The notes under the pieces were generated by a model that searched no databases, was not told where the DNA came from, and was given only the letters and a program-made list of their open reading frames with translations. 64,000 nucleotides of DNA from Flectonema sp. DT1601. Lineage: Eukaryota. The DNA lies in the NCBI GenBank assembly GCA_964019425.1, contig OZ025786.1:558001-622000 (forward strand). The letters are read 5' to 3'. Positions within the stretch are counted from its first letter, which is position 1, and each line of letters starts with the position of its first letter. Shown piece by piece: positions 24,698-37,200 of this stretch. Made by a program: the position numbers and the translations under genes.

Positions 24698-26059
24698 ATG
24701 ACCAGCAACGTGCACAAACTCGAAGCAGTTCAAGATCTGTACAGAAATGAGCAGAATATGATGGGAATGTTAGGGCAAGCAGAACAAGCGGTTAATGACC
24801 TCAGAGAAAAGCTACTATCAGGCGTACAGGCCGGAGACGCTATCGTAGGAAAAGTTGAAGAGGAGATTCAAACTGCAGTGGCGAGTGGAAAGCAAAAAAA
24901 GTGGCCGAGTTTCTTGCCCATGCCAAACCCAGACCTGTGCAAAGGAGAGCCTCCCATTGACATCGTCAGCTCACTAAGAGGACTACAACAACAAATAGTA
25001 TCTATGAAATCAAAACTAGGACCTGTATGGCCACCAGCATTCATGGCTGTACTTGAGAACTCACTCACTCATTTGGAAGAAGCTGAACGTCAGGTTTCAC
25101 ATGTTGAGACAGCTGCTAATGCAACAGGTCACTTAGCTAAGATACCACAACCTATCTTTGTAAAGTTACAAGAACTTAGTCTACTTGGATCTGAATTAGA
25201 TATTACAACGCCAAACAGAAATATTGAACATCTCCGTTCTCAATTGGCGACTGTCACAAGTGGACCAGCTGATGATGTCGAAGCAATCGGTAAGATGGGA
25301 TGGACTAAAGTTCAAATTCAAACAAAAATAATCGACAACCTAAAAGACATAATCCGAAGCATAGAAACAGCTGAACTCCAAAATCAGAAAATTGATAACC
25401 TAACTGACCTTCGCCGTGCTGCAGACATGGAAGTGGCGTCACTTAAGGAACCGAACTGGAGCGTTAAAATCCAATGCACGTCTTCATTGTCATCCGTGCA
25501 GCAGGCTCTGGAAACGATTAAGGTAGCAGATCGGGAAGCCGCAGCAGACTTTTCACAACGGATGAGCAGCAGCAAAAATAAAATCTCAGCGAACACCCAG
25601 CGGCAACAGGAAGTTTGGAGACAGATGAATGTTCTCTTCGAGGAATTAGGAGGATTAGCAATTGAGAGGTCGGGTGAAATAAATTGGCAAGTTGACGCCC
25701 TTGAAAAGGAAACAACAAGGATTGCAGAGCATGCTTGGGGGAATCATGTTGCTCATGAAAACATTCGTAGACTTGGTGAAACTTTAAACTACGCTGTTGG
25801 ATCAATCGCGTGTACGGAAGCGACTGATAAAATAATTACAGAAGCGGTTGACACGGCACTTCATTACAAAGATACTATTACTCAAGACCTTACTCAACAG
25901 AAATACGCTCTACTTGCTGAAGTCGATAGTGAGATCGCTACCTTACAATCTTGGTCTACTCATCACAGAGGTTTTGTAAATGACGTTCTTCGTCACAACC
26001 CGCAACAGACTCCAATGTGGGCTTCGGCATCACCAGCTCCAAACTTGCTTAGCGGGTAG
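24698..26059 (+). CDS. Divergent paraflagellar rod (PFR) domain coiled-coil protein
   Basis: RQQEVWRQMNVLFEELGGLAIERSGEINWQVDALEKETTR resembles, from memory, the PFR1/PFR2 segment QDEAWRRIQELERVLQRLGTERFEEVKRRIEENDREEKR. First ATG at 24698. Confidence 0.7.
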   Translation: MTSNVHKLEAVQDLYRNEQNMMGMLGQAEQAVNDLREKLLSGVQAGDAIVGKVEEEIQTAVASGKQKKWPSFLPMPNPDLCKGEPPIDIVSSLRGLQQQIVSMKSKLGPVWPPAFMAVLENSLTHLEEAERQVSHVETAANATGHLAKIPQPIFVKLQELSLLGSELDITTPNRNIEHLRSQLATVTSGPADDVEAIGKMGWTKVQIQTKIIDNLKDIIRSIETAELQNQKIDNLTDLRRAADMEVASLKEPNWSVKIQCTSSLSSVQQALETIKVADREAAADFSQRMSSSKNKISANTQRQQEVWRQMNVLFEELGGLAIERSGEINWQVDALEKETTRIAEHAWGNHVAHENIRRLGETLNYAVGSIACTEATDKIITEAVDTALHYKDTITQDLTQQKYALLAEVDSEIATLQSWSTHHRGFVNDVLRHNPQQTPMWASASPAPNLLSG

Positions 26060-26638
26060 AGAGTTTTCTTGTTTTTTTTTTTTTTTTTTTTTTAGATATT
26101 TAATTTTAACAACATCTGTTCCTGTTGTAACTTTATCGTTTCTTTTCTGCATAAACGCTTTGTAGACAATGTCGTGAAGCCAATTACTGAAATTACTTTT
26201 TTTTTTTTTCTTTCTCCACTTTTTTTTATTTTTTTTTTTTTGTTGTAAATCCTTAAAACATATTTTTAAAATCTTCTGCCATAAGACAGAGAGAGTACGT
26301 GTCTCGCATTCCAGACCCTAGATCCCTGGGAACTGGAAAAGTTGTTTACCTACTAAGACTAAAAGAGTGCCCATTAAGTGTGTAGTGTTTGTTGTTGTTA
26401 TTGATAACACACTCTTTTAGTATTTATTAGTCTCTTATAGTATAAATTATAGCAGTCAGGCTGCCTGATTACCTTTTGTATTGTTTTGGTTTCCATGCAT
26501 CATTGATGTAATATTTTTATTATTCCCTGTATCCCTTTCCAGTTTCCAGAAGTACTTCACTGTGTTCCGCAAGCTACGTTATTGTCTGGTTGTATTTCGT
26601 ACTGTAAGATTCAACTCACAGACTATAACATCAACAAC

Positions 26639-28579
26639 ATGACAGAAATGCTAACAGCTCTTCAGGGGCAGATTAATGAAACCCCTGAACACGGTGATGA
26701 ACAAACCCAATGGGGAAATCAAAAACACACATACAATGGAATGGATATATACCAAGCAGCTCAAGCAGGAGAGGTAGGAGTTGTAATGTTACTTTGGTAC
26801 AATGGAGTAAGCGTTAATTTAAAGCAATCTGAACCACCATACGCAACAGCACTACACCACGCAGCGTTTAATGGAAATACAAAGATATGTGAATTCTTAT
26901 TAGATCATGCGGCTGAGATTGATATTCGAATTCCAGACACTGACGTGACTCCATTAATGTGGGCATGTACCGCTGGTCATTTCTCTGTTGTAAAACTTCT
27001 CATTGAAAGAGGAGCTGACCCTTGTCAGGTAGAAGCTCAGGATTACAACTCTGCGTTCCATGCAGTTCACACTGGTAACACTCCATTAGTTCATTATTTA
27101 CTATCTGGTAATTATGGTATTGACCCTCATGCTGTTGATAAAGCAGGTCATAACATGGCACAGTGGGCTGCATTTAAAGGGGCACTCGGCTGCTTAAGAT
27201 ACCTTCACGAAACTGTTGGTGTTTCCGTAGAAGGTTTAGACAAAGAAAGACGAACAGCTTTACATTGGGCAGCTCACGCTGGTCAATATGTTACTGCAGA
27301 GTATCTCCTTAGTCTTAAACTAAACAAACTAGACATCCGTGATAGCGATGGACAGACTGCTGCTGAATTAGCTGCTGCCAGTAATCACAAGGCTGTTGAG
27401 AATCTCATCAACGACTACGTGAAATCTGGTCCTTTAAATTACGCCGCCCCTCGATCGGAATCGACTCTCAAATTCCTGTTCTCCAGCTTTCGTAACATTC
27501 GATTTGCTCTTTACGGTTTAATCTGTATGCCGTTAGCATATTACGTAATAGTAAAGTTCGTACCCTTAATAGTTAGTGTGTTGTTAGTTCCTTGTGTTTT
27601 TATTGTTCCAGGAACGTTGGACTATTTGGTCTTCAGAAACGGACGTCCTCCAGTGAGAACGATCGCACCCAGAAGTAACTCTCCGCTAGCAACTAGAATT
27701 CAAATGTTATCCGGCAGTGGAGAGAGAGATATGAGTGTGTTGTTCGCAAGTATGCTACTTCAAGGGTTCTTATTACACAGCTTCTTTGGAAGTTCTGTTG
27801 GTGACACAACAAAAAATTGGTCGCCAATGCTATACTCCTCCATGCAGTTTCTTACTGCTGTAGGACTGTTCTCTTACGTGATTTGCCTAATCAAGCGTCC
27901 TGCATCCCCTGACATCTCAGAGCTGAGTCCTGCAAAACAAGAAGAGATTAAGCGAACACCAGGTACCTACAGCTACGAAGCGATGGAAATGAAATCTCTC
28001 CGATCGAGCCACTGCCCGCTAATTGGAAGAGTAGTTTCTGGTTATGATCAATTCAATACTATGACTGATACAGCTATTGGTAAAGGAAATAGACTTTGGT
28101 ACATTATGTGGATTGGGTGTATTGGAATTGTTTTAACTTTAATAACCATCTCAACAGTGAGATGGAGTATTTATGTTGTTGCTCCGAGTAATGCTAACTA
28201 TTCGATCTGTCGTACAATTGGAAGATTTCTTAGAACTTCACTGCCAGGAAGTTCCAAAAACCCTGGAACATTTTTAGTACCAAGTCATGAAGAAATACTT
28301 GGCATGCAACTTATTGTAGTCTCAGCTGTATTCGCTTTGTTCTGTCTTGCGAGGTTCGCAGCTCAAGTTTACTTGGTCGGTTTAAACTTCACCAAAGCAG
28401 AGGTCGATAATCCAATTTGCCTTCCAATAGTTGACAAGGGACCCTCCATGATGGTATTACAAAATGGTAATTCATGCTACACAGCTGGATCATTTTTTTC
28501 TAATTGGAAGAATTTCGTCATTGGATCCGAAAGCTACAACTCACACTTCGTACATGACCCTGTGAAAGGGTGCGTCTAA
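26639..28579 (+). CDS. Ankyrin-repeat palmitoyltransferase-like protein (Akr1/ZDHHC17 type) with degenerate DHHC motif
   Basis: About 6 ankyrin repeats (TALHHAA, TPLMWAC, TALHWAA), TM helices, and RSSHCPLIGRVVSGYDQFN...AIGKGNR where RSxHC...DHHC...IGxxN is expected. Confidence 0.85.
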   Translation: MTEMLTALQGQINETPEHGDEQTQWGNQKHTYNGMDIYQAAQAGEVGVVMLLWYNGVSVNLKQSEPPYATALHHAAFNGNTKICEFLLDHAAEIDIRIPDTDVTPLMWACTAGHFSVVKLLIERGADPCQVEAQDYNSAFHAVHTGNTPLVHYLLSGNYGIDPHAVDKAGHNMAQWAAFKGALGCLRYLHETVGVSVEGLDKERRTALHWAAHAGQYVTAEYLLSLKLNKLDIRDSDGQTAAELAAASNHKAVENLINDYVKSGPLNYAAPRSESTLKFLFSSFRNIRFALYGLICMPLAYYVIVKFVPLIVSVLLVPCVFIVPGTLDYLVFRNGRPPVRTIAPRSNSPLATRIQMLSGSGERDMSVLFASMLLQGFLLHSFFGSSVGDTTKNWSPMLYSSMQFLTAVGLFSYVICLIKRPASPDISELSPAKQEEIKRTPGTYSYEAMEMKSLRSSHCPLIGRVVSGYDQFNTMTDTAIGKGNRLWYIMWIGCIGIVLTLITISTVRWSIYVVAPSNANYSICRTIGRFLRTSLPGSSKNPGTFLVPSHEEILGMQLIVVSAVFALFCLARFAAQVYLVGLNFTKAEVDNPICLPIVDKGPSMMVLQNGNSCYTAGSFFSNWKNFVIGSESYNSHFVHDPVKGCV

Positions 28580-29031
28580 ATGAATTTATCTCAACTAATT
28601 TCTTGTTCTTGATTAGACCAAATATGTAGTCAGTTCTTAAGGAGAGTCGTGTTATTGGTGAGTCTATCCTTGAATGATCTGAGGTCCCAAAAAAAGTAAC
28701 TCAATCGCACCTACTAAGTAAGGTAAAAAAAAAAAAAAAAAAAATTATTATTAAAAACCAAAGAAGAAACGTCGAATATGAGAGGATTATTCTCGTTAGT
28801 GAAGGAGGAGGAATGTTTACTTAATTACCGTTCTACAAATGGGAACCATCACCCCGGAAGATTGTTGCTCGTTAGTTGTGTGTGAAGTCTTCAGGAGCTC
28901 CTTTTAAAAGTCACACGCCCTGTTCATCAGTTTTAATAATTCTTTTTCAGTGTCACGAGTAGCTTGACTATTGGAGATTAATAACATTTTTTTGTTTTAT
29001 TCTCTTACAGAGTTACGGTGTTTTTGGAGAG

Positions 29032-29736
29032 ATGATTCCTATAGAATGTTTATGTCGCTTAATAAATCATAATTCCCATTTAGGTTTATTTACCTTACTA
29101 CTTAACTTCACTATGCTCACTAAGCTCTCAACTGTTGAAGTAATGAGATCTGTTTGTTTGATGGACAGTTACGATCCTATTGTATCAGTGATAGCTGAGA
29201 TTATGAAGATGTTAAGCGAAGGAGAAGTTGAAAACGCTCTTGAACCAAAAATCTACTGCGGTGATACAAAAATGGACATCACAAACTTACTTCGAAGGTT
29301 TGTGAGATACGCAAAGTGTTCACACAAATGTTTTGTTTACGCGTCAGCATTAGTAGATCGGGTCAGCACCAGGGGAAACATTGACGTTACAGGTAAGACA
29401 GTACACAGACTACTTCATGGATGTATTGTTCTCGCTATTAAATGGATTGAGGATGAAGTGTTCCCAAACTCTCACTACGCTGAAATCGGAGGACTCACTC
29501 TTCAGGAATTCAACGTTGTCGAACGTCAAGTTCTACACGACCTCGATTGGGACATTTCTATTGACGGCCGCACCATCCGAAAGTACGAAGACCAACTACA
29601 ACAGCACTGGATTTGGAACGCCTCTCGCCAGGACATCAAGAAAGAGAAGTTTCGCTCTTCAAGAATTCACACTTTAAAAGCTTCTTTCAGAGCGCTTCCA
29701 TTATTCGGAGGGAAAAAGTCTAAAAAGAGTCAATGA
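29032..29736 (+). CDS. Pho80/PCL (P/U-type) cyclin
   Basis: VHRLLHGCIVLAIKWIEDEVFPNSHYAEIGGLTLQEFNVVERQVLHDLDW cyclin box. The start may be a downstream ATG (e.g. 29113). Confidence 0.9.
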   Translation: MIPIECLCRLINHNSHLGLFTLLLNFTMLTKLSTVEVMRSVCLMDSYDPIVSVIAEIMKMLSEGEVENALEPKIYCGDTKMDITNLLRRFVRYAKCSHKCFVYASALVDRVSTRGNIDVTGKTVHRLLHGCIVLAIKWIEDEVFPNSHYAEIGGLTLQEFNVVERQVLHDLDWDISIDGRTIRKYEDQLQQHWIWNASRQDIKKEKFRSSRIHTLKASFRALPLFGGKKSKKSQ

Positions 29737-30387
29737 AGTAAAACTTGGAGTGTGTTTTAAAAAAAAAAAAAAAAAAAAAAAAGAAAAAATATTTTCACCC
29801 CCTCATTTTATTAAACTAAGCAGAGACCCTCATCTCCAGACACTTCTTATTTGAAGTGCCTCCGAAACGAATACAATTTGTGTGGTCGAATCTGTTTCCT
29901 TTTTGAGAAAGAGGCGATTTCACGTCGCTATACTATACGGTACCTTTTTTGTTATGTTCCATGAGACCTGATGCCCTGCAAGCTACTTTCTTTTTTTTTT
30001 TAAGAGATGAAAACTGACTGACGACTGACTGATTGTAGAAAAATATAAATAATACATTATTTTGTGTGTTATAAAACTAGAAATAATCAATGCAAGTCTT
30101 TTTTATTAAAAAAAAAAATAAATAAATAAATAAAAATATTATTATTATTATCGTAGACCTATCGAAGCGGATCAACATTATAATGGACAGCACGTGTTGG
30201 CAAAGTCCGTGCCAACTAAGCTAATCGTGTAATCGTTCCAGTTGTTTAAATTTAAAAAGAAATATAAAAAAAAAAAAAAAAAAAAAAAAAGGAAAGGAGA
30301 GGAAAGGAAATCAGATGTTTTATAACAAAAAATAGGTTCATTAATGCGGGCATTCCTCGCAAGTTTTGTAATGGCAAGAAGGGGAAG

Positions 30388-30421
<34 letters not shown>

Positions 30422-31736
30422 CCGCACTTTTTTGTGTTGGCGACGTAATGCGACAGTCCCACTCGTGGTTCAACTACTATGTCAAACAAAAACAATTATG
30501 AATGTCCACCAGAAACATGTGATGACAACCTTAACTAGGGTAATGCCACTCACACACCATGCGATAAATAGTAGGCTCCACTGAGGTTGGTTAGGTGTCA
30601 TTTTTTTCGTCTGATTCCAGATTGGAATATAGAAGATATTTTTGATACTGACATAGCATGTACATCATTAATTTTTTTTTTTTTTTTTTTTTTTGTTGTT
30701 TAAAACTTTTTATTTGTAGCAACGCAAACACAGAATACTGAGTGAAAAACATCAAAAGCCAATCCTAACTGGATCCAGGTTTGGTTTTTTTTTGATGTAG
30801 AGCAGGCGTCGAGTACTGTGAAGGTGTATTATTATTTTATTAAATTTCGAAAAGAACGAAATCAATTTGTAGTTTGAATGAAACAGATTCATTAAAAAAT
30901 CGTCGGCTAGCGTTGCACGTCTATTCTTTCTTTAATTTCTCCCTATTTTTCTTCTTTAAGAGCTCAATGTATCTTTTTATCTTATCTACCGACGATTCAG
31001 AAAAAAAAATAAATAAATTTATTTCGTTTTTTTTTTTTTTTTTTTTTTTTTTCGGGGACTAAAAATATCTAAAATCCAGACTTTGCTAGGTAGGCTTACT
31101 TCTATATACTACTACTATACTGCTTTCCGTGTTGTTGATATGATGCAACACTTTTTAAGTAAGCCAAATTCTAAAAAGAGATTTTTTATTTTTTTTTATT
31201 TTAAATATTTCGTTTTTTGTGATCTCCCCATCTTGCCTTATTTATTTATTTTTTTTTTATTTTTTGAGAAAAAAAAAAAAAGAGTTGTTTATTATTACAT
31301 GTATATTTTATCTGCACATTTTCCTCAATTCAAAAAAAAAAACTCATTTGCTAAAGTATCTGGCGTGGAGTTTGTTAGTGTAGAGGGTTGGTGTGTGTTT
31401 TATTTTTTTTTCTTCTTTTGTTTGATACAAAAAAAAATATTTCTTATCGTACAAAGGTTTGTGTACGTCACCGCCTCGCTTAACGCGTTGGTGCTTTAAG
31501 TTTTATTTTCATTCGTTTTCGATATTATTCATCTTCTTTTTGGATTAGTAGACTTAGCATTCGTTGCTGACTTTTTTTTTTTTTTTTTAATATTATTATT
31601 ATTATATTTTTCTTCCTTATTTGGATAAAACATGTGATTGTTGGCTCAATACAAGATTATGTCCATCTTCTTGAGTCTTCCAAACACCGACGGTGGATGT
31701 CGCAGTTAAAAAAATAGTTTTCTTTTTTTTTTTTTT

Positions 31737-32048
31737 TATCGTAACGTTTAACACCCTTTACTTTTAATAGGATTGTTTAATTGTTGCGAACAAACAAAAC
31801 CCAACGTGTGAGAATAATTTTTTGAAGGTATCGATTATTATTTTTTTTTTTACATTCTTTCAACAGTCAAGTTGACGCTATTATTTTTAACGTACTATTT
31901 GCTGTGTGTAGTTGACTCTCTTATTGGATACTGAATACTTTTCTTTATGTTTCTCGGTACGCACCGTAAATAGTAAAAAGGTTTGTACAAAAAAAAAGAA
32001 AAAAAGGCGATTATTTTTTTCCCCTTTTTTTCCATTCCCCGTATTCTT

Positions 32049-32083
<35 letters not shown>

Positions 32084-34250
32084 TTGAAACCAACACGTAG
32101 CTATATTACTGTACCCCCCCCCTGGTTTCTCAAGAACTCCACGATGTATTTATACTATTGAAAAGGTCGATTCTGTACTACACGGAATAAGAGACAAGTG
32201 TAAGCATTGGTTATAATGTGGAGTCTGTTATGATATATGGGGTGTGTTTATCTATATTAACATTAACTGGTATCATAATCTAATCCGTAATATTATTTTA
32301 TAAATATGTTCAGAACTGTTATCTCAATCTCCTCCACGTATTTCTTTTAATTATTCGGCACAACACTTCCCTATTAAGTAGAGCTGCAGTGTTATCGAAG
32401 AGATACGTTTATCGTAACGTTGACACCCTTTACTTTTAATAGGATTGTTTTATTGTTGCGCACAAACAAAACACAAAGTGTGAGAATTATTTTGTGAAGG
32501 TGTCGATTATTTTTTTTTACATTTTTTTTTACCAGTCAGTTGACAGCACACACAGCTGTTAAGGATATTTATTCCTCTTCCCCCCCCCCCCCCGTAGTTT
32601 TTTAATGTTTTTTTTGACGAGTTAATTTAAAAAAAGTTGAAACCAACATGTAGCTATTACTGTACCCCCTGGTTTTGGTTTCCCAAGGGGCTCACGATTA
32701 TTATTTGAACAATTGAAAAACTCTATTTCGTATTACACGGAATAAGAGACATGTAAGTATTAGTTATAATGTGGAGTTAGTTATGATATGTGGGGTGTGT
32801 TTATCTATATTAACATTAACTCCAATTCCGTAATATTATTTTTATAAATACGTTCAGATTTGTTAAGGGACACCTCCCTCACGTATTTTCGGTATTCTCC
32901 AAAAGACCATATCTTTATCCTAATTTCCTGTTGCGCACAAACAAAACACAAAGTGTGAGAATTACCTAGTGAAGGTGTCGATTATTATTTTTTTCTTTTT
33001 TTTACATTCTTTCATCAATCAGTTGACGCTATTATTTTTAAACTATTTGCTGTGTGTGGTGGTCAACATTTGCTCTCTTATTGGACACTAAATACTTTTC
33101 TTTATGTTTCTCGGTACACATCGTAATAGTAAAAGGTTTGTACAACAAAAAGGGGAAAAAAAAGGCGATCATTTTATTTTCCCCCTTTTTCCCCCGTTAA
33201 CCTTGATTTGTTTATCCAAGTCCCCCCTGTATTGTATCTCAGAACTAATGTTAAATTATCGTTATGTTGTTTATGATACAATACATTTGTATTTTACGTA
33301 CAAAATCAAACAGTTAACCCCCCCCCGTATTCTTTTAATTAAAAAAAAAAAAGTTGGAACCAACACGTAGCTATATTACTGTACCCCCTGGTTTTGGTTT
33401 CCCAAGGGGGCTCACGATTTATTTTTTAACAATTAAAAAAAACTCTATTCCACACTACACGGAATAAGAGACATGTAAGTATTAGTTATAATGTGGAGTT
33501 AGTTATGATATGTGAGGTGTGTTTATCTATATTAACATTAACTCCAATTCCGTAATATTATTTTATAAATACGTTCAGATTTGTTAAGGGACACTTCCCT
33601 CACGTATTTTTGGTGTCCAAGACGTATTTTTTATCGTAACGTTTAACACCCTTTACTTTTAATAGGATTGTTTAATTGTTGCGAACAAACAAAACCCAAC
33701 GTGTGAGAATTATTTTTTGAAGGTATCGATTATTGTTTTTTTTTACATTCTTTCAACAGTCAAGTTGACTATTATTTTTAACGTACTATTTGCTGTGTGT
33801 GGTGGACTCTCTTATTGGATACTGAATACTTTTCTTTATGTTTCTCGGTACGCACCGTAAATAGTAAAAAGGTGTGTACAAAAAAAAAAGACGGTAGTTT
33901 ATTTTCCCCTTCCCGTATTCTTTTAATGTCCTTTGAAGAGTTAATTAAAAAGTGAAAACCAACACGTAGTACCCCTGGTTTTGGTTTCTCAAGAACTCCA
34001 CGATGTATTTAAACTATTGAAAAGGTCGATTCTGTATTACACGGAATAAGAGACAAGTGTAAGCATTGGTTATAATGTGGAGTCTGTTATGATATATGGG
34101 GTGTGTTTATCTATATTAACATTAACTAGTATCATAATCTAATCCGTAATATTATTTTATAAATATGTTCAGAACTGTTATCTCATTCTCCTCCACGTAT
34201 TTCTTTTAATTCTTCGGCACAACAATTTCTTTAGTAAGTAGAGCTGCAGT
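31737..34250. repeat. Degenerate tandem repeat, about 0.5-0.7 kb unit, about 4 copies
   Basis: TATCGTAACGTT...CCCTTTACTTTTAATAGGATTG at 31737, 32410 and 33632, plus a 5'-truncated unit from about 32930; ACACGGAATAAGAGAC occurs four times. Confidence 0.92.
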
Positions 34251-37200
34251 TTTGTGGTACAATAACGGCTTGTATCGCGGCATTATTATTTCTTATTGCT
34301 ATTATATAACTATGCTATTTATTTTCACAGATATTTTCCCTCCCTTCGTTCTCCTTTATTTCTTTATTTACTATTGTTGGGTAGAACTACACCCGAAAAA
34401 TAGGAAAATAATGTCATCATCACCACACCTAGTTGTGTGCATTGATTACAATTATAGAGACAGAGCCACTGCTCGGTTTCTGATTGTCTGCATTATTTTC
34501 ATATCTCTCGCTCTCGCTCTCGTTCTCTCTCTCTTCATTCTTATCTTTCTGTGGTTACTCGTGGGAGGAAACAATTGTCGTTGCTCACGAAGAGTAGCAG
34601 TTGTTTGTTTGTTTTCGGATACGTTAACATAAAAATTATTTCTTTTTCGTAGTTCTAGTCTTCGATTAACTGCGTGAGCTGTTTTGTCCTCGATGGTTCT
34701 AATGCACTAGCACAAGGCCGGGTGTAATGAAACCATGCACGATGAGTAGTCTTCAGACCACTACCTTGACAGTCTTCCTTCATAGTTCTGATGACTGCAT
34801 GTATTTGTAGTGCGAATTTTTCAAGCTTATTATTCTCATGTTTCTCATATATAATCTTTTCTCTTTCATTCATTGATTTCATAATTTCATTTTTTTCTTC
34901 TTTTTTTTTTTTCCCCTTAACTTTTAATTAGCAGCTTTGAGTCAGTTCTTTGACATATTTACGGAGGATTTTTTTTTTTTTTTTGTATTTTTGTAGCTTG
35001 CGAGCAAATCATAACAGCTCTTTTATTATTTCCTTATAAATACCTCTTGCGCACAAATTAATGTAGTAATAAAATTAATTTTGTCTGTCGAAAAAAGGCC
35101 ACCACAAGTTTTAAAAAAAAAAAAAAAAAAAAATGTTGTATTTTCTTGTTTTTGGATGGTGCCTTTTCGTTTTCTTAATTTTTGCGTTCGCAAAGTAAGC
35201 CTTCGGGTACTTCAAGCATTGTGTTATTTATGTTTGAGCTGAATTCTTTACTTGTGTTTCGCCTCGGCAAAATAAGTGTATCTCTTTGAGTTATTGTTCC
35301 TTTTTGTTTTATTTTTGTTCTTATTAGTGGAAAAAAAAAAAAGGCTTTTCCGTTGGAAGTTTTTTTTTTTAATTTTATTTTTTATTTGTAGTTTCCGCCG
35401 TTGGTTAGGTTTTGGTGTTAAGTGTCGTAATCGGAATAAGCAGCGTTGAGGCCACCCCCGTAGTGCGACAGACAACGACTGAAACCTGCAAATGTGCTGG
35501 AATTGAAAGGAATTGATGCTATTCTTTTCTTTTTTTTTATTTTTTTTTTTTGATTTCCTAAGTTGTCAGAGCCACAGACACAGATCACCTTGCTTGTAGC
35601 GCGGACGGCTTGTGTGGTTCGAGCTTGATGTTGGTAATAATACGATCGCTCCTTCAGTTCTTAAGAGATTACCCAGCTATTCTTAAACTGATGGTTAAAA
35701 TAAGAAAATATAAATAATATTATTTTAAAAAAAAAAAAAAAAAAAAAATCCCAACTCGAGCGGCGACGTAGTGTGGCGTTTTTCTTTTTCCTTCAATTTT
35801 TTATTAATTTTGGTTTAATCCCTTTTTTTTTTTTTCTTCTTCTTTTTTCCCATTCGCGTGTTGTTTCTATTTTTGTTATTTCGTGTGCAATCAATTCATC
35901 CAATGAGGTGGTCCAGTTGTGGGGGCAACCCAAACTGACATCACACTTGAACTGCTTAGTATCTTATTACTGGTTTTCCTGGAGCAGTGCGCACAGTCTC
36001 AGGGTTTTCACCGATCTAACCGTCGGTCAATTGACACACAAAAATGTGTATATTTGGGTTCATCTCTTCCGTTTTTTATACCGTTTGAGTGTTAATTGTC
36101 AATGCTAACCCACGTTTCGAAATTCTGTTCTGAATGAACTGTGTGCACGCATGCCCTGGACATAAACCGGAAGATACCAACCTGGGCTGATCAGTGTCAG
36201 CCGAGATTAAACTTTTTTTTTTTTTTTTTTTTTTTTTATATTGACAAATTTTGTGTCATCTTTAAGGAGAATGTAAAGTTGGGGAAGAAAGAAGAATAAA
36301 ATTTTCGGCCATCGTAATTTTTTTTTTTTTTTTTTTTTTTTAATGAAAAGTACAAATTGAGAGTACTCTATTTGTCACTATGACTCGACGGTTCCCTATT
36401 TATGAAACAGTTGACTCAAACGTCTATAGCACCTGTTCCTCTACTAGCATTTATAATTTGTTTTGTTGGTTTCTGGTGACACAAACGTCTACTCACGTTC
36501 TTTTCAATGTGTGTTATTACTCGATATATTCGACTTGTCCCGTACCCCTTTCTATTGAGATTTTACTCAGAGATTCCGTCCCTGAAAGTCGTTGTTTAGG
36601 TGGTTCACTTGGTATATTGTTCTAGCCTGTTAGTAACTGACGTGTACAGTTTTTTGTTGTTTTCGACTGTGGTAGTCATGGATATGTTTTTTTTAGTGGT
36701 TTTAGTTTTCACTTCACAGCTACCAAACAATTACATTTTTCGAACAAAATGTAAGCAAATAGTGGCTATTCGATTCTCTCCTCTTTTTTCCTGTATTATT
36801 TTATTATTATAATTTTTTTTTTTTTTGAGAAGAAATATTTTTAAAAAAAAAAAAAAAAAAGAAATAAAGAAATAAAGAAAAGAAGTCCACCTTCTTCCTT
36901 CACACCATACAAACAAATTTTAATACACGTTTCATTTTATCTATTGATAAGCGATTGGTCATCTTTTATACTGCAGATCTGTTAATTACTTCGCCTTGAC
37001 ACTCATTTTCTCCTTCGAATGGAGGGATCTGTTTCAACTCACTTTTTCTGTCAGCAACAATCTTGATATGGGTTGTGTACGAAGTGAGTATAAATAAATA
37101 ATAAAATAATACATGAAATGGACTCCTCTGTCTGTAGGCTTTTGTTCTCCCTGTTCCTATTTTGCGATTCACCTTTAATTTTTCGCTAATTATCTTTCCG

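Noticed and set aside
34655..34882. 75-aa minus-strand ORF with ordinary composition
   Set aside because: No recognisable motif; cannot be distinguished from chance or a decayed fragment.
35560..35630. B-box-like GGTTCGAGC suggesting a tRNA
   Set aside because: No cloverleaf or A box could be built.
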